NCBI RefSeq assembly: GCF_947501385.1
Contig: NZ_CANMVP010000024.1
Coordinates: forward strand, 11,021-75,020
DNA length: 64,000 nt
Direction: 5' to 3'
DNA from: an uncultured Polaribacter sp.
Lineage (GTDB): Bacteria > Bacteroidota > Bacteroidia > Flavobacteriales > Flavobacteriaceae
The notes beneath the pieces are model-generated. The model was not told the DNA's origin and searched no databases. It saw nothing but the letters and a program-made list of their open reading frames with translations. Below, piece by piece: positions 19,286-29,204 of the stretch; the first letter of the stretch is position 1, and every line of letters begins with the position of its first letter. The position numbers and the translations under genes are program-made.

Positions 19286-20215
19286 TTACTTGTAAATAGA
19301 AATTTCCTCTTTTCCATTTGAAGTTTTAAAAGCACGATACATTCCTTCTGTATTAAAAGGCATTGCAATATTTCCATTTTTATCAACCGCAATTAAGCCA
19401 CCATCGCCACCAATTTCTAAAATTCTTTTATGAATTACTTCGTTAGCTGCTACTTCTAAAGACAAATCTTTATGTTCCATTAAACACGCTACATCATAGG
19501 CAACAACGCCACGAATAAAAAACTCGCCACTTCCAGTACAAGAAATTGCACAGGTTTTATTATTGGCATAATTTCCTGCGCCAATCATTGGTGAATCTCC
19601 TACTCTACCAAATTTTTTATTAGTCATACCGCCTGTTGAAGTTGCCGCGGCAATATTTCCTTTTGTATCACAAGCAACCGCGCCTACTGTTCCAAATTTA
19701 CTGTCTTTTTTTGTGGAGTGATCTAGCTGAAAACTGTCTGTATCTTTTATTTCTAACCATTGCTTATGACGCAATTCGTCATAAAAGTAAGAGGTATCTT
19801 CAATTGTATAATCGTTCATTTTTGCAAATTGCATGGCGCCTTCTCCCGCTAAAAAAACGTGTTCGCTTTTTTCCATCACATCTTTTGCTAACGAAATAGG
19901 ATTCTTAATACCAGTGATTAAAGAAACAGCACCAGCATTCAGCGTTTTTCCATCCATAATAGCAGCGTCCATCTCGTGGGTTTCATCTGCTGTAAAGACA
20001 GCTCCTTTTCCTGCATTGAATAAATGTGAATCTTCTAAAATAGTCACCGCTTTTTCAACAGCATTAATGGAAGTTCCGCCATTTTCTAAAACGGAATACC
20101 CAGCTTCTAATGCCAATTTTAACCCCAATGTATATGCGGCTTCTAATTCCGCAGTCATCATTCCTTTTACTAAAGTTCCTGCGCCACCATGAATGGCGAT
20201 TGAAAAGTTATTCAT
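19286..20215 (-). CDS. iaaA: Isoaspartyl dipeptidase / L-asparaginase (Ntn hydrolase)
   Basis: IAIHGGAG, FNAGKG, GTVGAVA (Thr nucleophile), TSTGG, GRVGDSP and SCTGSGE motifs. Confidence 0.93.
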   Translation of the reverse strand: MNNFSIAIHGGAGTLVKGMMTAELEAAYTLGLKLALEAGYSVLENGGTSINAVEKAVTILEDSHLFNAGKGAVFTADETHEMDAAIMDGKTLNAGAVSLITGIKNPISLAKDVMEKSEHVFLAGEGAMQFAKMNDYTIEDTSYFYDELRHKQWLEIKDTDSFQLDHSTKKDSKFGTVGAVACDTKGNIAAATSTGGMTNKKFGRVGDSPMIGAGNYANNKTCAISCTGSGEFFIRGVVAYDVACLMEHKDLSLEVAANEVIHKRILEIGGDGGLIAVDKNGNIAMPFNTEGMYRAFKTSNGKEEISIYK

Positions 20216-20273
20216 TATCTAAATTTTGAGTAAAAATACGGCTTAATTAAATTATATGGCAATAAAAAAGACT

Positions 20274-20460
20274 TCTCGATACGATTCCGCTAAAAAGCGA
20301 AATCACTACCATTGACGTAGCTTGTAAGTTACTGTTTTACAAATTATTAATATATGTCTGGTCGAGCGCAGTCGAGACCTTCTTTAACCTCTCGACTGCG
20401 CTCGAGGAGACATTACGTCATTCCAATCGCTTGATAAAAATTTTTTTCTCGGGTCTCGGA
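20274..20460. repeat. Cluster of REP-like palindromes (BIME-like)
   Basis: Inverted pair atgtctggtcgagcgcagtcgaga (20354-20377) / tctcgactgcgctcgaggagacat (20390-20413); 20274-20316 matches 24721-24764; 20416-20460 is the reverse complement of 24894-24936. Confidence 0.85.
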
Positions 20461-20547
20461 GTGAGAGTAAGAGGTATTTTAAAATTTCTAAATATAAACT
20501 TAAAAACGCATAAGTTTTTGTAATTTTATAACTTCAATATTTTTAAC

Positions 20548-23385
20548 ATGTCAGACCAAAAAAGACTTTTTTTAGTTGATGCTTATGCATTAATTTTCCG
20601 TGGATATTACGCTTTTATAAAAAACCCAAGAATCAATTCTAAAGGTTTAGACACCTCTGCAATTATGGGGTTTATGAATTCATTGTTAGATGTAATAAAA
20701 CGTGAAAGACCAGATCACTTAGCCGTTTGTTTTGATAAAGGAGGCAGTGCAGACAGAGTAGAAATGTTTGAAGCGTATAAAGCCAACAGAGACGCTACAC
20801 CAGAAGCCATTAAATTAGCCATTCCATACATTCAAGATATCTTAAAAGCCATGCACATTCCTATTATGGTGAAGGAAGGTTTTGAAGCAGATGATGTTAT
20901 TGGAACACTTTCCAAACAAGCAGAAAAGGAAGGATATAAAACTTTTATGGTAACACCAGATAAAGATTTTGCACAGTTAGTTTCTGAAAACATTTTTATG
21001 TACAAACCACGTTTTGGTGGGGGTTATGATATTTGGGGAGTTCCTGAAGTACTCGCAAAGTTTGAAGTGACAGATCCGTTGCAAGTCATCGATTTTTTAG
21101 GGATGATGGGAGATGCTTCTGATAACATTCCAGGCTTACCTGGCGTTGGAGAAAAAACTGCCAAAAAGTTTTTAGCAGCCTATGGTTCTATGGAAAATTT
21201 GTTGGCAAATACCCATGAGCTAAAAGGAAAAATGAAAGAAAAAGTAGAAGCTGCCAAAGAACTGGGCTTACTTTCTAAGAAGTTGGCAACAATTATGCTA
21301 GATGTTCCTGTGACTTTTAACGCGAAAGATTTTACATTAGACCAACCAGATATCGAAAAAGTTACCACCCTTTTTAACGAATTGGAATTTAGAAATTTAT
21401 TAACAAATTTCTTAAAGACATTTTCTGAAACAAGGGACTTAAGTCCCTTGCAAAGCAAAGAATCTGAACAAAAAATAAAATCAAAAAAAGCACCTTCAAA
21501 TGTAGAAGGTCAATTCGATTTGTTCGCAGCACCAGGAACAGGAAGCGTTACTGAAGCTGAAGTTGCATCAGGATTTAAAACGATTGAAAATACAAATCAT
21601 TTTTATCAACATATCGATTCGCCTTTCTCTAGAAAACTATTGATGAGAAAGCTAATGCAACAAACTTCGGTTTGTTTTGACACAGAAACAACTGGTTTAA
21701 AAGCGTTGGAAGTTGAATTGATCGGAATTGCTTTTTCGTATGAAGTTGGAAAAGGATATTATGTGTCGTTTCCAGAAGACCAAGAAGAGACAACAAAAAT
21801 TTTAGAAGAATTCAGACCCTTTTTTGAAAGTGAAATTGAAAAGATTGGTCATAACTTAAAATATGATATCAAAGTATTGTCAAATTATCAAATGCCTGTA
21901 AAAGGGAAATTTTTTGACACGATGATTGCGCATTACCTGATCAATCCAGACATGCGCCATAATATGGATATTTTGGCAGAAACCTATTTAAATTATCAAC
22001 CCGTTTCTATTACAGAATTGATTGGTAAAAAAGGAAAAAACCAGCTTTCTATGCGCGTTGTTCCTATTGCAGATCAAACAGAATATGCTGTGGAAGATGC
22101 AGACATTACATTTCAACTAAAACAACTTTTTACGGGCGAATTAGAAGCTGGAAATGTAACCAAACTTTTTAATGAGATTGAGTTGCCTTTGGTATCTGTT
22201 TTAACAGCGATGGAAATTGAAGGGATCAATATAAATTCAGATTTCTTAAAGGAACTTTCTGTTGCGTTAACGGATGATATCAGCAGATTAGAAAAAAATA
22301 TTTACGAGCAAGCCGGTGAAGAATTTAATATTGCTTCCCCAAAACAATTAGGAATTGTGTTGTTTGAAAATATGCAATTGGTAGAGAAACCTAAAAAAAC
22401 GAAAACAGGGCAATATGCAACCGGAGAAGATATTCTTTCCTATTTGGCAAAAGACCATCAAATTATTAGAGACATTCAAGAATATCGTCAATATAAAAAA
22501 TTACAAAGTACCTATGTAGATGCATTGCCGAATGAAATCAACCCAAAAACAGGGAGAATTCATACACAATATATGCAGGCTGTTGCAGCTACCGGAAGAT
22601 TGAGTTCGAACAATCCGAATTTACAAAACATCCCGATTAGAACAGAACGTGGACGTGAGGTTCGAAAAGCGTTTATTCCGAAAGATGAAAATTATGTGTT
22701 GTTAGCAGCAGATTATTCTCAAATTGAATTGCGAATTATTGCAGCTTTAAGTGCAGAAGAAACCATGATCAATGCGTTTAAAAATGGAGAAGATATTCAT
22801 GCTTCCACCGCTTCTAAAGTGTTTAATGTTCCTTTAGATAAAGTTACACGCGAACAACGTAGCAATGCAAAAACAGTTAATTTCGGAATCATTTACGGGG
22901 TTTCTGCATTCGGATTGAGCAATCAAACTGATTTAAGCAGAAGCGAAGCCAAAGAACTCATTGATACCTATTATGAAACCTATCCAAAATTAAAAGCATA
23001 TATGTCTTCACAAGTAGATTTTGCTAGAGAACATGGGTATGTAGCAACTGTTTTAAACAGACGTAGGTATTTAAAAGACATCAATTCTAGAAATGCAATG
23101 GTAAGAAGTGGCGCAGAAAGAAATGCAGTAAATGCACCCATACAAGGTTCTGCTGCAGACATTATCAAGTTAGCCATGATTCATATTCACAATAGATTTG
23201 AGAAAGAAAATTTTAAATCGAAGATGTTATTACAAGTGCACGATGAATTGGTCTTTGACGCGCATAAAGACGAACTGGAAATTATAAAACCTATCATTAA
23301 GCACGAAATGGAAAATGCTTTTAAAATGGCTGTTCCTTTAGATGTAGAAATGGATACTGGAATGAACTGGCTAGAGGCGCATTAA
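20548..23385 (+). CDS. polA: DNA polymerase I
   Basis: 5'-3' exonuclease (LVDAYALIFR, EADDVIG), 3'-5' exonuclease (FDTETTG), polymerase motifs (DYSQIELR, AKTVNFGIIYG, LQVHDELVF). Confidence 0.98.
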   Translation: MSDQKRLFLVDAYALIFRGYYAFIKNPRINSKGLDTSAIMGFMNSLLDVIKRERPDHLAVCFDKGGSADRVEMFEAYKANRDATPEAIKLAIPYIQDILKAMHIPIMVKEGFEADDVIGTLSKQAEKEGYKTFMVTPDKDFAQLVSENIFMYKPRFGGGYDIWGVPEVLAKFEVTDPLQVIDFLGMMGDASDNIPGLPGVGEKTAKKFLAAYGSMENLLANTHELKGKMKEKVEAAKELGLLSKKLATIMLDVPVTFNAKDFTLDQPDIEKVTTLFNELEFRNLLTNFLKTFSETRDLSPLQSKESEQKIKSKKAPSNVEGQFDLFAAPGTGSVTEAEVASGFKTIENTNHFYQHIDSPFSRKLLMRKLMQQTSVCFDTETTGLKALEVELIGIAFSYEVGKGYYVSFPEDQEETTKILEEFRPFFESEIEKIGHNLKYDIKVLSNYQMPVKGKFFDTMIAHYLINPDMRHNMDILAETYLNYQPVSITELIGKKGKNQLSMRVVPIADQTEYAVEDADITFQLKQLFTGELEAGNVTKLFNEIELPLVSVLTAMEIEGININSDFLKELSVALTDDISRLEKNIYEQAGEEFNIASPKQLGIVLFENMQLVEKPKKTKTGQYATGEDILSYLAKDHQIIRDIQEYRQYKKLQSTYVDALPNEINPKTGRIHTQYMQAVAATGRLSSNNPNLQNIPIRTERGREVRKAFIPKDENYVLLAADYSQIELRIIAALSAEETMINAFKNGEDIHASTASKVFNVPLDKVTREQRSNAKTVNFGIIYGVSAFGLSNQTDLSRSEAKELIDTYYETYPKLKAYMSSQVDFAREHGYVATVLNRRRYLKDINSRNAMVRSGAERNAVNAPIQGSAADIIKLAMIHIHNRFEKENFKSKMLLQVHDELVFDAHKDELEIIKPIIKHEMENAFKMAVPLDVEMDTGMNWLEAH
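21431..21450. repeat. Perfect 20-bp palindrome in frame in the polA interdomain linker
   Basis: caagggactt aagtcccttg; falls in the ETRDLSPLQ stretch of the protein. Confidence 0.75.
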
Positions 23386-23394
23386 TAGAAACAT

Positions 23395-23783
23395 ATGAAA
23401 TTAGATTACATCGAAAATTACAATGGTCTTAAAGAAAATATTGTAAGGTTATTCAATTTTGATAAAGCAAAAGCAATTCAATTTAGAGATGTACTACACG
23501 ATACAATTATTGCTAAAAAACAAAAATTAGACTTATCTCAAATAGATTTTATAGACACCAGCAATTACAATTTAATTTTGGGTTGTTTACTTCTGATGAA
23601 GGAATTCTAACCAAAGACAACCAAACCTTTTTCTGCGTGTTAACTTTAGAAGGTTTTACGAATATGACAAAACTTTTAGAGCCTTTTTGTCAAAAAGAAT
23701 CAAAAGGCTACCAATATTTATACGACATTGATAACCCTACAGATTTGTTGTTTTCTCCAACAGCTAGTTTTATTGAATCATAA
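23395..23783 (+). pseudogene. Hypothetical protein split by a 1-nt frameshift (or sequencing error)
   Basis: ORFs 23395-23610 and 23583-23783 fuse (..NYNLIFGLFTSDEG..) if one T is added to the run at 23576-23579. Confidence 0.65.
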
Positions 23784-23888
23784 GTAGATTTCATAAAAAT
23801 AAAAGAGAAAAAGTTTTTAGATAGTTGTTTTTTTTATAAATTGAAGTTAGAATTGGCAAAATTTAACTGATAATGCATTAAAAACGTA

Positions 23889-24698
23889 ATGATGAAACAT
23901 TTAAAACTACTAATTATTCTTCTTGTATTAGGTTCTTGTTCTAAAAATATATATCAAATATCAACAAAAGCGTATAACAAAAAAGCTAAAACTCTAGGAG
24001 CATCTCTTAGTCGAATTAAGCAAGACACTGTAAACAACAGATTAACCAATCTTGTAAAATCTCAAAACTTCAATTTAAGAAAACCAAACCTAATTGTAAT
24101 TCATCATACAGCCCAAGACAGTTGTCAACAGACGTATAGAACCTTTGCTTTAAAACGCACACAAGTAAGTTCGCATTATGTGATTTGTGATGACGGAACG
24201 GTGACACAAATGCTAAACGATTTGTTAAGAGGTTGGCATGCAGGTAATGGAAGTTGGGGAAAAAACACCGATATAAATAGCACTTCTATAGGAATTGAAT
24301 TAGACAATAATGGCAAAGAACCTTTTTCCTATGCTCAAATTAACAGCCTAATCTTCTTGCTTCAAAAACTAACAGAAAAGTATAAAATACCAGCTCAAAA
24401 TATCGTGGGTCATTCAGACATTGCACCTGGAAGAAAAGTAGATCCTAGCGCATTATTTCCTTGGAAAGCATTGGCAGAAAGCGGTCTCGGAATTTGGTAC
24501 GATGAAGAAAAACTAAAAACAGTAGTACTTCCATTGGACTTCAATGTAGATTTTGCATTAAAATATATGGGGTACAATACCAAAAGTCTCAAAAACGCGA
24601 TCTATTCTTTTAAGCTTCGTTTTAATGCCGAAGAAGTTTCACATGAATTCACAGAAAAAGATAAAAAAATATTGTTTTTATTGATGGATGAAATTTGA
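23889..24698 (+). CDS. N-acetylmuramoyl-L-alanine amidase (Amidase_2, AmiD-like lipoprotein)
   Basis: Lipobox LVLGSC; IVIHHT, SSHYVI, WHAG, SIGIELDN and GHSDIAPGRKVDP motifs. Confidence 0.92.
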   Translation: MMKHLKLLIILLVLGSCSKNIYQISTKAYNKKAKTLGASLSRIKQDTVNNRLTNLVKSQNFNLRKPNLIVIHHTAQDSCQQTYRTFALKRTQVSSHYVICDDGTVTQMLNDLLRGWHAGNGSWGKNTDINSTSIGIELDNNGKEPFSYAQINSLIFLLQKLTEKYKIPAQNIVGHSDIAPGRKVDPSALFPWKALAESGLGIWYDEEKLKTVVLPLDFNVDFALKYMGYNTKSLKNAIYSFKLRFNAEEVSHEFTEKDKKILFLLMDEI

Positions 24699-24720
24699 AA
24701 TTATTTTTTAAATCAAAACA

Positions 24721-25237
24721 TCTCGATACGATTTTGTAGAAAAACAAAATCACTCGATGTGACAGTGCGTAATTTCAATTCAGTGAATTTATGAGAAATA
24801 AATAATTTTTATAGAGGTCAGTAGTTAAATACATACTAAATTAAAGTTTTAAAACACTGTTTATTAGATGTTTGAATTATTCGTTATTGTCCGTTCGAGA
24901 CCCGAGAAAAATTTTTATCAAACGATTAGAATGACGTTAAATAAATGATTGTAAGCATGTCTGTTCGAGCATTGCCAAAATCAAAATGTATTTTGATTGA
25001 AGGTAGCTTGCGAAGCAAATCGAGAACTGTTAATTTACTTAAAATCATATAATTAAACAAACACGTCAATGGTAACATTACTAAAATGAAAATGTATTTT
25101 CATTGAAAGTAGCTAGCAAAGCTATCGAGAACTATTGGTCTGCTTTATATAGGTTTCGACTGCTTCCGAAATTTCGGGACAACCAGACATAGTTAGTTAC
25201 TTATTGTTTTTAATAAGTAACTAACTACTGGCCTCTA
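24721..25237. repeat. Dense mosaic of nested REP-like palindromes, a direct-repeat pair and an outer inverted repeat
   Basis: IR tagaggtcagtagtta (24812-24827) / taactactggcctcta (25222-25237), 15 of 16 matching; DR 24970-25028 and 25076-25133; hairpin 25190-25227; REP variants at 24721, 24894, 24957 and 25153. Confidence 0.85.
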
Positions 25238-25256
25238 AATTTGTATTGAGAACCTA

Positions 25257-25790
25257 TTAAAAAAATGAAAAACCAATTCCAAAGGAAACGCTATCCAATC
25301 GATCATTCTTAAAACCAGCGATGCCTTTTCTATGAAAATCTATTCTAAAAACAGTATTCCATCTTTCCTCTCCTGCAATTTGAAATCCCACTCCTATTCC
25401 GTAATAATTTCCATCAGGATAGCTCAAAGAAGGCGTCCACATTTTACCATACCTCACTTCTACAAAGTGTGTACTATCATCTTTTTCGGTGATGTTGTAT
25501 TTTAAAGCTCCATATGCTGGAAAAGCGCTTACTGCATAATTCCAGTGCAAATCATAACCTCCATTCAAACTAACTGCAAGTCTTTTTTTAAACTCGTAAC
25601 CAAAACCAATTCTAAAAAATAATGCCGATGGTTCAATAAAAGTGCCACCATCCTCTGAATTTGCTTCATAATCTTCATTAATTCCCAAAGTAAAATTTCC
25701 ATCTATTGAAAAAAAAGGTTTCACTGTTTTTTCTTGAGAATTGGTTGCTAATGCTAAAAATAGTATGGAAAAGAATAGAAATTTCTTCAT
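25257..25790 (-). CDS. Hypothetical outer membrane beta-barrel protein
   Basis: Signal peptide, amphipathic beta strands rich in Gly and aromatic residues, C-terminal Phe (GIGFSFF). Confidence 0.65.
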   Translation of the reverse strand: MKKFLFFSILFLALATNSQEKTVKPFFSIDGNFTLGINEDYEANSEDGGTFIEPSALFFRIGFGYEFKKRLAVSLNGGYDLHWNYAVSAFPAYGALKYNITEKDDSTHFVEVRYGKMWTPSLSYPDGNYYGIGVGFQIAGEERWNTVFRIDFHRKGIAGFKNDRLDSVSFGIGFSFF

Positions 25791-25987
25791 TCAGAAAGGT
25801 TGTTTTTAATTCTCTTTCCTGCACCAAAAACTATTCCGCTTTTTTAGTTTTGTTTACATCTATTTGAATCGTTCCATTTTCAATAGATAAATTGAATCAT
25901 CAATCAGCCATTATTTTTTAATAAAAAAAATCTGCTTAAATTTATGCTTGCTAAAAATGAATCCTTACCAATTTTATCTTTGAAGTT

Positions 25988-27616
25988 ATGAAAGACCCAA
26001 GATTTCCAGAATTAAACTACAACCAAATTAAAAAATTAAAAAAATTTGGTACTCAAGAAAACTATAAAACCCAAACAAAAGTATTTGCTTTGGGCGATAA
26101 TATCTATGACTTCTTTGTTATTTTGGAGGGAGAAATAATCATTGAAGATCCATACAACAACACCTCTATAGTAACTCATAAAAAGTATGAATTCACAGGC
26201 GATAGCGGCATGCTTTCTAACAGATCTGCACAATTTAATGCGATGGCACAACCAAACAGCAAATTGTTGAGAATAAAACCAGACAAACTCAAAGAAGCGA
26301 TTACGCAAAATAGTGACATTAGTGATGTGCTGTTAAATGCATTTTTGTTGCGACAAGAAACCGTTTTAAATGAAATTTCTGGTGGTATCAAATTGGTGGG
26401 TTCTGGAAACTCCAATCAAACCTATAAAATTAGAGATTTTTTAGAGAAAAATCATATTTGGTATACTTTTATTGATGTAGATGCACAAGAAGAAGCAGTC
26501 GATTTATTAGATCATTTTGGTTTACATAAAACAGATTTACCACTTTTAATTAATAGCGATTCTAAAGTTTGTAAAAATCCGTCTTTAGAGCAACTGGCAA
26601 GATACAGTGGTGTTTTAATGGATTTTGAAGACAAAATTTTTGATGTTCTAATTATTGGTGCAGGACCTTCTGGTTTAGCGGCAAGTGTGTATGCAGCTTC
26701 AGAAGGTTTAAGCGTTGTTACTATTGACAGTGAAGCACCTGGTGGACAGGCTGGAAAGAGCTCTAAAATAGAAAACTATTTAGGTTTTCCAACAGGAATT
26801 TCTGGAACAGATTTAGCCAACAGAGCGTATGTACAAGCACAAAAATTTGGCTGTAATATTTCCATTCCGCACTGTGCAAAAAATTTGAGTTATTCTCCAG
26901 AATATTTTACGGTTTGTGCCACAAATGATAAAATAATCAAATCGAAATCTATCATTATTGCAACCGGAGCGGCCTACAGAAAATTGCCTTTAGACAATGT
27001 AGAAAAATTTGAAGGTTGTGGTATTTATTATTCTGCTACAGGAATGGACGTTTCTAATTGTAAAGACCAAGAAGTGGTTATTATTGGTGGAGGAAATTCT
27101 GCTGGACAAGCAGCCATGTTTTTATCAATTTCAGCTAAAAAAGTTCATATGGTAATTCGTGGTAATGATTTAGGCGCAAAAATGAGTAGTTATTTAGTAA
27201 AACGAATTGAAGCGTCTGCTAAAATAAAAGTTCATAAAAATACCGAAGTTTGTGAATTATTTGGCGATCATCATTTAGAAAAAATCTGTTTGCAAACCAA
27301 TAATAAAACCATAGAAATGGAAACCTCTAATCTTTTCTCTTTTATTGGCGCACAACCCAATACAACATGGATGGACGATATGGTAGTTACTGATGAAAAA
27401 GGTTTTGTTTGTACAGGAGAATTATTAATGAAAGAAAATTTAACAGATTGTAAAATTTACAAACAAAGAGATCCGCAATCTTTAGAAGCGAGTATTCCTG
27501 GTATTTTTGCTGTGGGCGATGTAAGAAAAAATTCTGTAAAACGTGTTGCTTCTGCCGTTGGTGAAGGTTCTATGGCAGTAAGTCAAGTGCATCATTATTT
27601 AGCTCAATTAGAATAG
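25988..27616 (+). CDS. cNMP-binding / glutaredoxin-like / thioredoxin-reductase-like FAD oxidoreductase fusion
   Basis: N-terminal cNMP fold (FFVILEGEI, EFTGDSGML); GAGPSGLAA, GGGNSAGQAA, FAVGDVR and RVASAVGEGS TrxR motifs. Confidence 0.88.
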   Translation: MKDPRFPELNYNQIKKLKKFGTQENYKTQTKVFALGDNIYDFFVILEGEIIIEDPYNNTSIVTHKKYEFTGDSGMLSNRSAQFNAMAQPNSKLLRIKPDKLKEAITQNSDISDVLLNAFLLRQETVLNEISGGIKLVGSGNSNQTYKIRDFLEKNHIWYTFIDVDAQEEAVDLLDHFGLHKTDLPLLINSDSKVCKNPSLEQLARYSGVLMDFEDKIFDVLIIGAGPSGLAASVYAASEGLSVVTIDSEAPGGQAGKSSKIENYLGFPTGISGTDLANRAYVQAQKFGCNISIPHCAKNLSYSPEYFTVCATNDKIIKSKSIIIATGAAYRKLPLDNVEKFEGCGIYYSATGMDVSNCKDQEVVIIGGGNSAGQAAMFLSISAKKVHMVIRGNDLGAKMSSYLVKRIEASAKIKVHKNTEVCELFGDHHLEKICLQTNNKTIEMETSNLFSFIGAQPNTTWMDDMVVTDEKGFVCTGELLMKENLTDCKIYKQRDPQSLEASIPGIFAVGDVRKNSVKRVASAVGEGSMAVSQVHHYLAQLE

Positions 27617-27665
27617 TTTAAAGTTATTAGAAATCAATTTTATATGTAGTTTTGCAATCGAACTT

Positions 27666-28625
27666 ATGAGCATCATTTCTAAAGACATACAAAAAGCAAT
27701 ACAATTATTAACTGACGAGCAATTGGTAGCCATTCCTACTGAAACGGTTTATGGTTTGGCAGGAAATATTTATAGCGAAAAAGCAATAAAAAGTATTTTC
27801 TCTACAAAGAAACGTCCGTTTTTTAATCCGTTAATCGTACATATTTCTTCTATAGATGTATTAGCTACTATCGTAGCTCACATTCCTAAAAAAGCGAAAT
27901 TGTTAGCAACTACTTTTTGGCCAGGTGCTATGACATTGGTATTGAAAAAGAATGCAAAGATTCCTGATTTAATTACTGCGGGAAAAGATACGGTGGCTGT
28001 TCGTGTACCAAATCACCCTGTAACTTTAGCATTGTTAAAACAATTGCCTTTTCCTTTGGCAGCACCAAGTGCAAATCCTTTTGGAAGCATCAGCCCTACA
28101 AAACCAGTACATGTAGCAAATTATTTTAAGAATGACATTCAAATGGTTTTAGATGGTGGCGCTTGTAAAAATGGCATTGAATCTACCATTATTGGTTTTG
28201 AAAATGAGGAACCCGTTATTTACAGATTGGGTGCTTTGGCTTTGGAAGATATCGAGGCGGTTGTTGGAAAAATTTCCATCAAAAACAAGAAAGAAAATAG
28301 CCCCGATGCTCCTGGAATGCTTGCAAGACACTATGCGCCTGCAACAAAAACCTTTTTGGTGGATGATGTTAGTTTAGAGGTGAAAAATCATCCAAAGAAA
28401 AAAATTGGTGTTTTAGTTTTTAAGACCTCTTTGAATAATAAAAATCTAACAGAAATTATTCTATCTGAAAACAATTCAATGCAAGAAGCGGCATCGAAAC
28501 TATATACTTCTTTGCACGTTTTAGACACTTTAAATTTAGATGTAATTATTGCTGAACGTTTTCCTGATAGCGGTTTAGGAAAATCTATCAACGATCGATT
28601 GCAACGTGCAACTTTTAGTTTGTAA
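27666..28625 (+). CDS. sua5: Threonylcarbamoyl-AMP synthase, Sua5 type
   Basis: PTETVYGLA, KKRPFFNPLIVH, APSAN and APGMLARHYAP motifs plus a C-terminal SUA5 domain. Confidence 0.92.
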   Translation: MSIISKDIQKAIQLLTDEQLVAIPTETVYGLAGNIYSEKAIKSIFSTKKRPFFNPLIVHISSIDVLATIVAHIPKKAKLLATTFWPGAMTLVLKKNAKIPDLITAGKDTVAVRVPNHPVTLALLKQLPFPLAAPSANPFGSISPTKPVHVANYFKNDIQMVLDGGACKNGIESTIIGFENEEPVIYRLGALALEDIEAVVGKISIKNKKENSPDAPGMLARHYAPATKTFLVDDVSLEVKNHPKKKIGVLVFKTSLNNKNLTEIILSENNSMQEAASKLYTSLHVLDTLNLDVIIAERFPDSGLGKSINDRLQRATFSL

Positions 28626-28630
28626 GCAAA

Positions 28631-28660
28631 AAAAAGGATAACATTTAAGCTATCCTTTTT
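28631..28660. terminator. Bidirectional intrinsic terminator
   Basis: aaaaaggata / tatccttttt perfect stem between convergent genes. Confidence 0.75.
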
Positions 28661-28679
28661 GAAGTCTATTGTATATAAA

Positions 28680-29204
28680 TTATGATTTTTTATACTTTGC
28701 AATTGTTTCATTCAACTCTTCACGTAAATCATCAAACTTTTCAATTAACTCTTCTAAGTTTTGCTTTACGTTTTTCATTGGCTCATCTTTCTCTTTCAAT
28801 AATTTTCTATATTCTTCTTGAACATCATCAACATCTTCCATTACCTCTTCATTTCTTAACCATACAGGAATAGAATTTCCTAAGTTAGCAATGGTACCGT
28901 TTAAATTTTCGATACGTTGTGTAGTTGTATTTAATTCTAAATTTTCAATGTCTCTTAATTCTTTATTAGCGATGTTAAATCCATCCCAATCATCAAAAGA
29001 TAAATCTCCGTAGACATCTACATTATAACTTCCATATTGACCATCGGCTATTTTAACTTTCATTTTTTTCGCTTCAATGCTCATTTCAGTCGTATTCGTA
29101 TCTGAAGAATTCATATCCGTTTTTTTCTCTTTAGCCTTGTCACAAGAAACAAATAGTAAACTTGCAATTGCCAATACTGTTGTAAATTTTTTTATGGTTT
29201 TCAT
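28680..29204 (-). CDS. Hypothetical lipoprotein with helical C-terminus
   Basis: Lipobox LLFVSC; acidic helical or coiled-coil tail; TAATTTTG promoter box upstream on the minus strand. Confidence 0.7.
   Translation of the reverse strand: MKTIKKFTTVLAIASLLFVSCDKAKEKKTDMNSSDTNTTEMSIEAKKMKVKIADGQYGSYNVDVYGDLSFDDWDGFNIANKELRDIENLELNTTTQRIENLNGTIANLGNSIPVWLRNEEVMEDVDDVQEEYRKLLKEKDEPMKNVKQNLEELIEKFDDLREELNETIAKYKKS

Noticed and set aside
24699-25256. Possible CRISPR array
   Set aside because: Only two ~58-bp direct repeats, no regular repeat-spacer period and no cas genes in the window.
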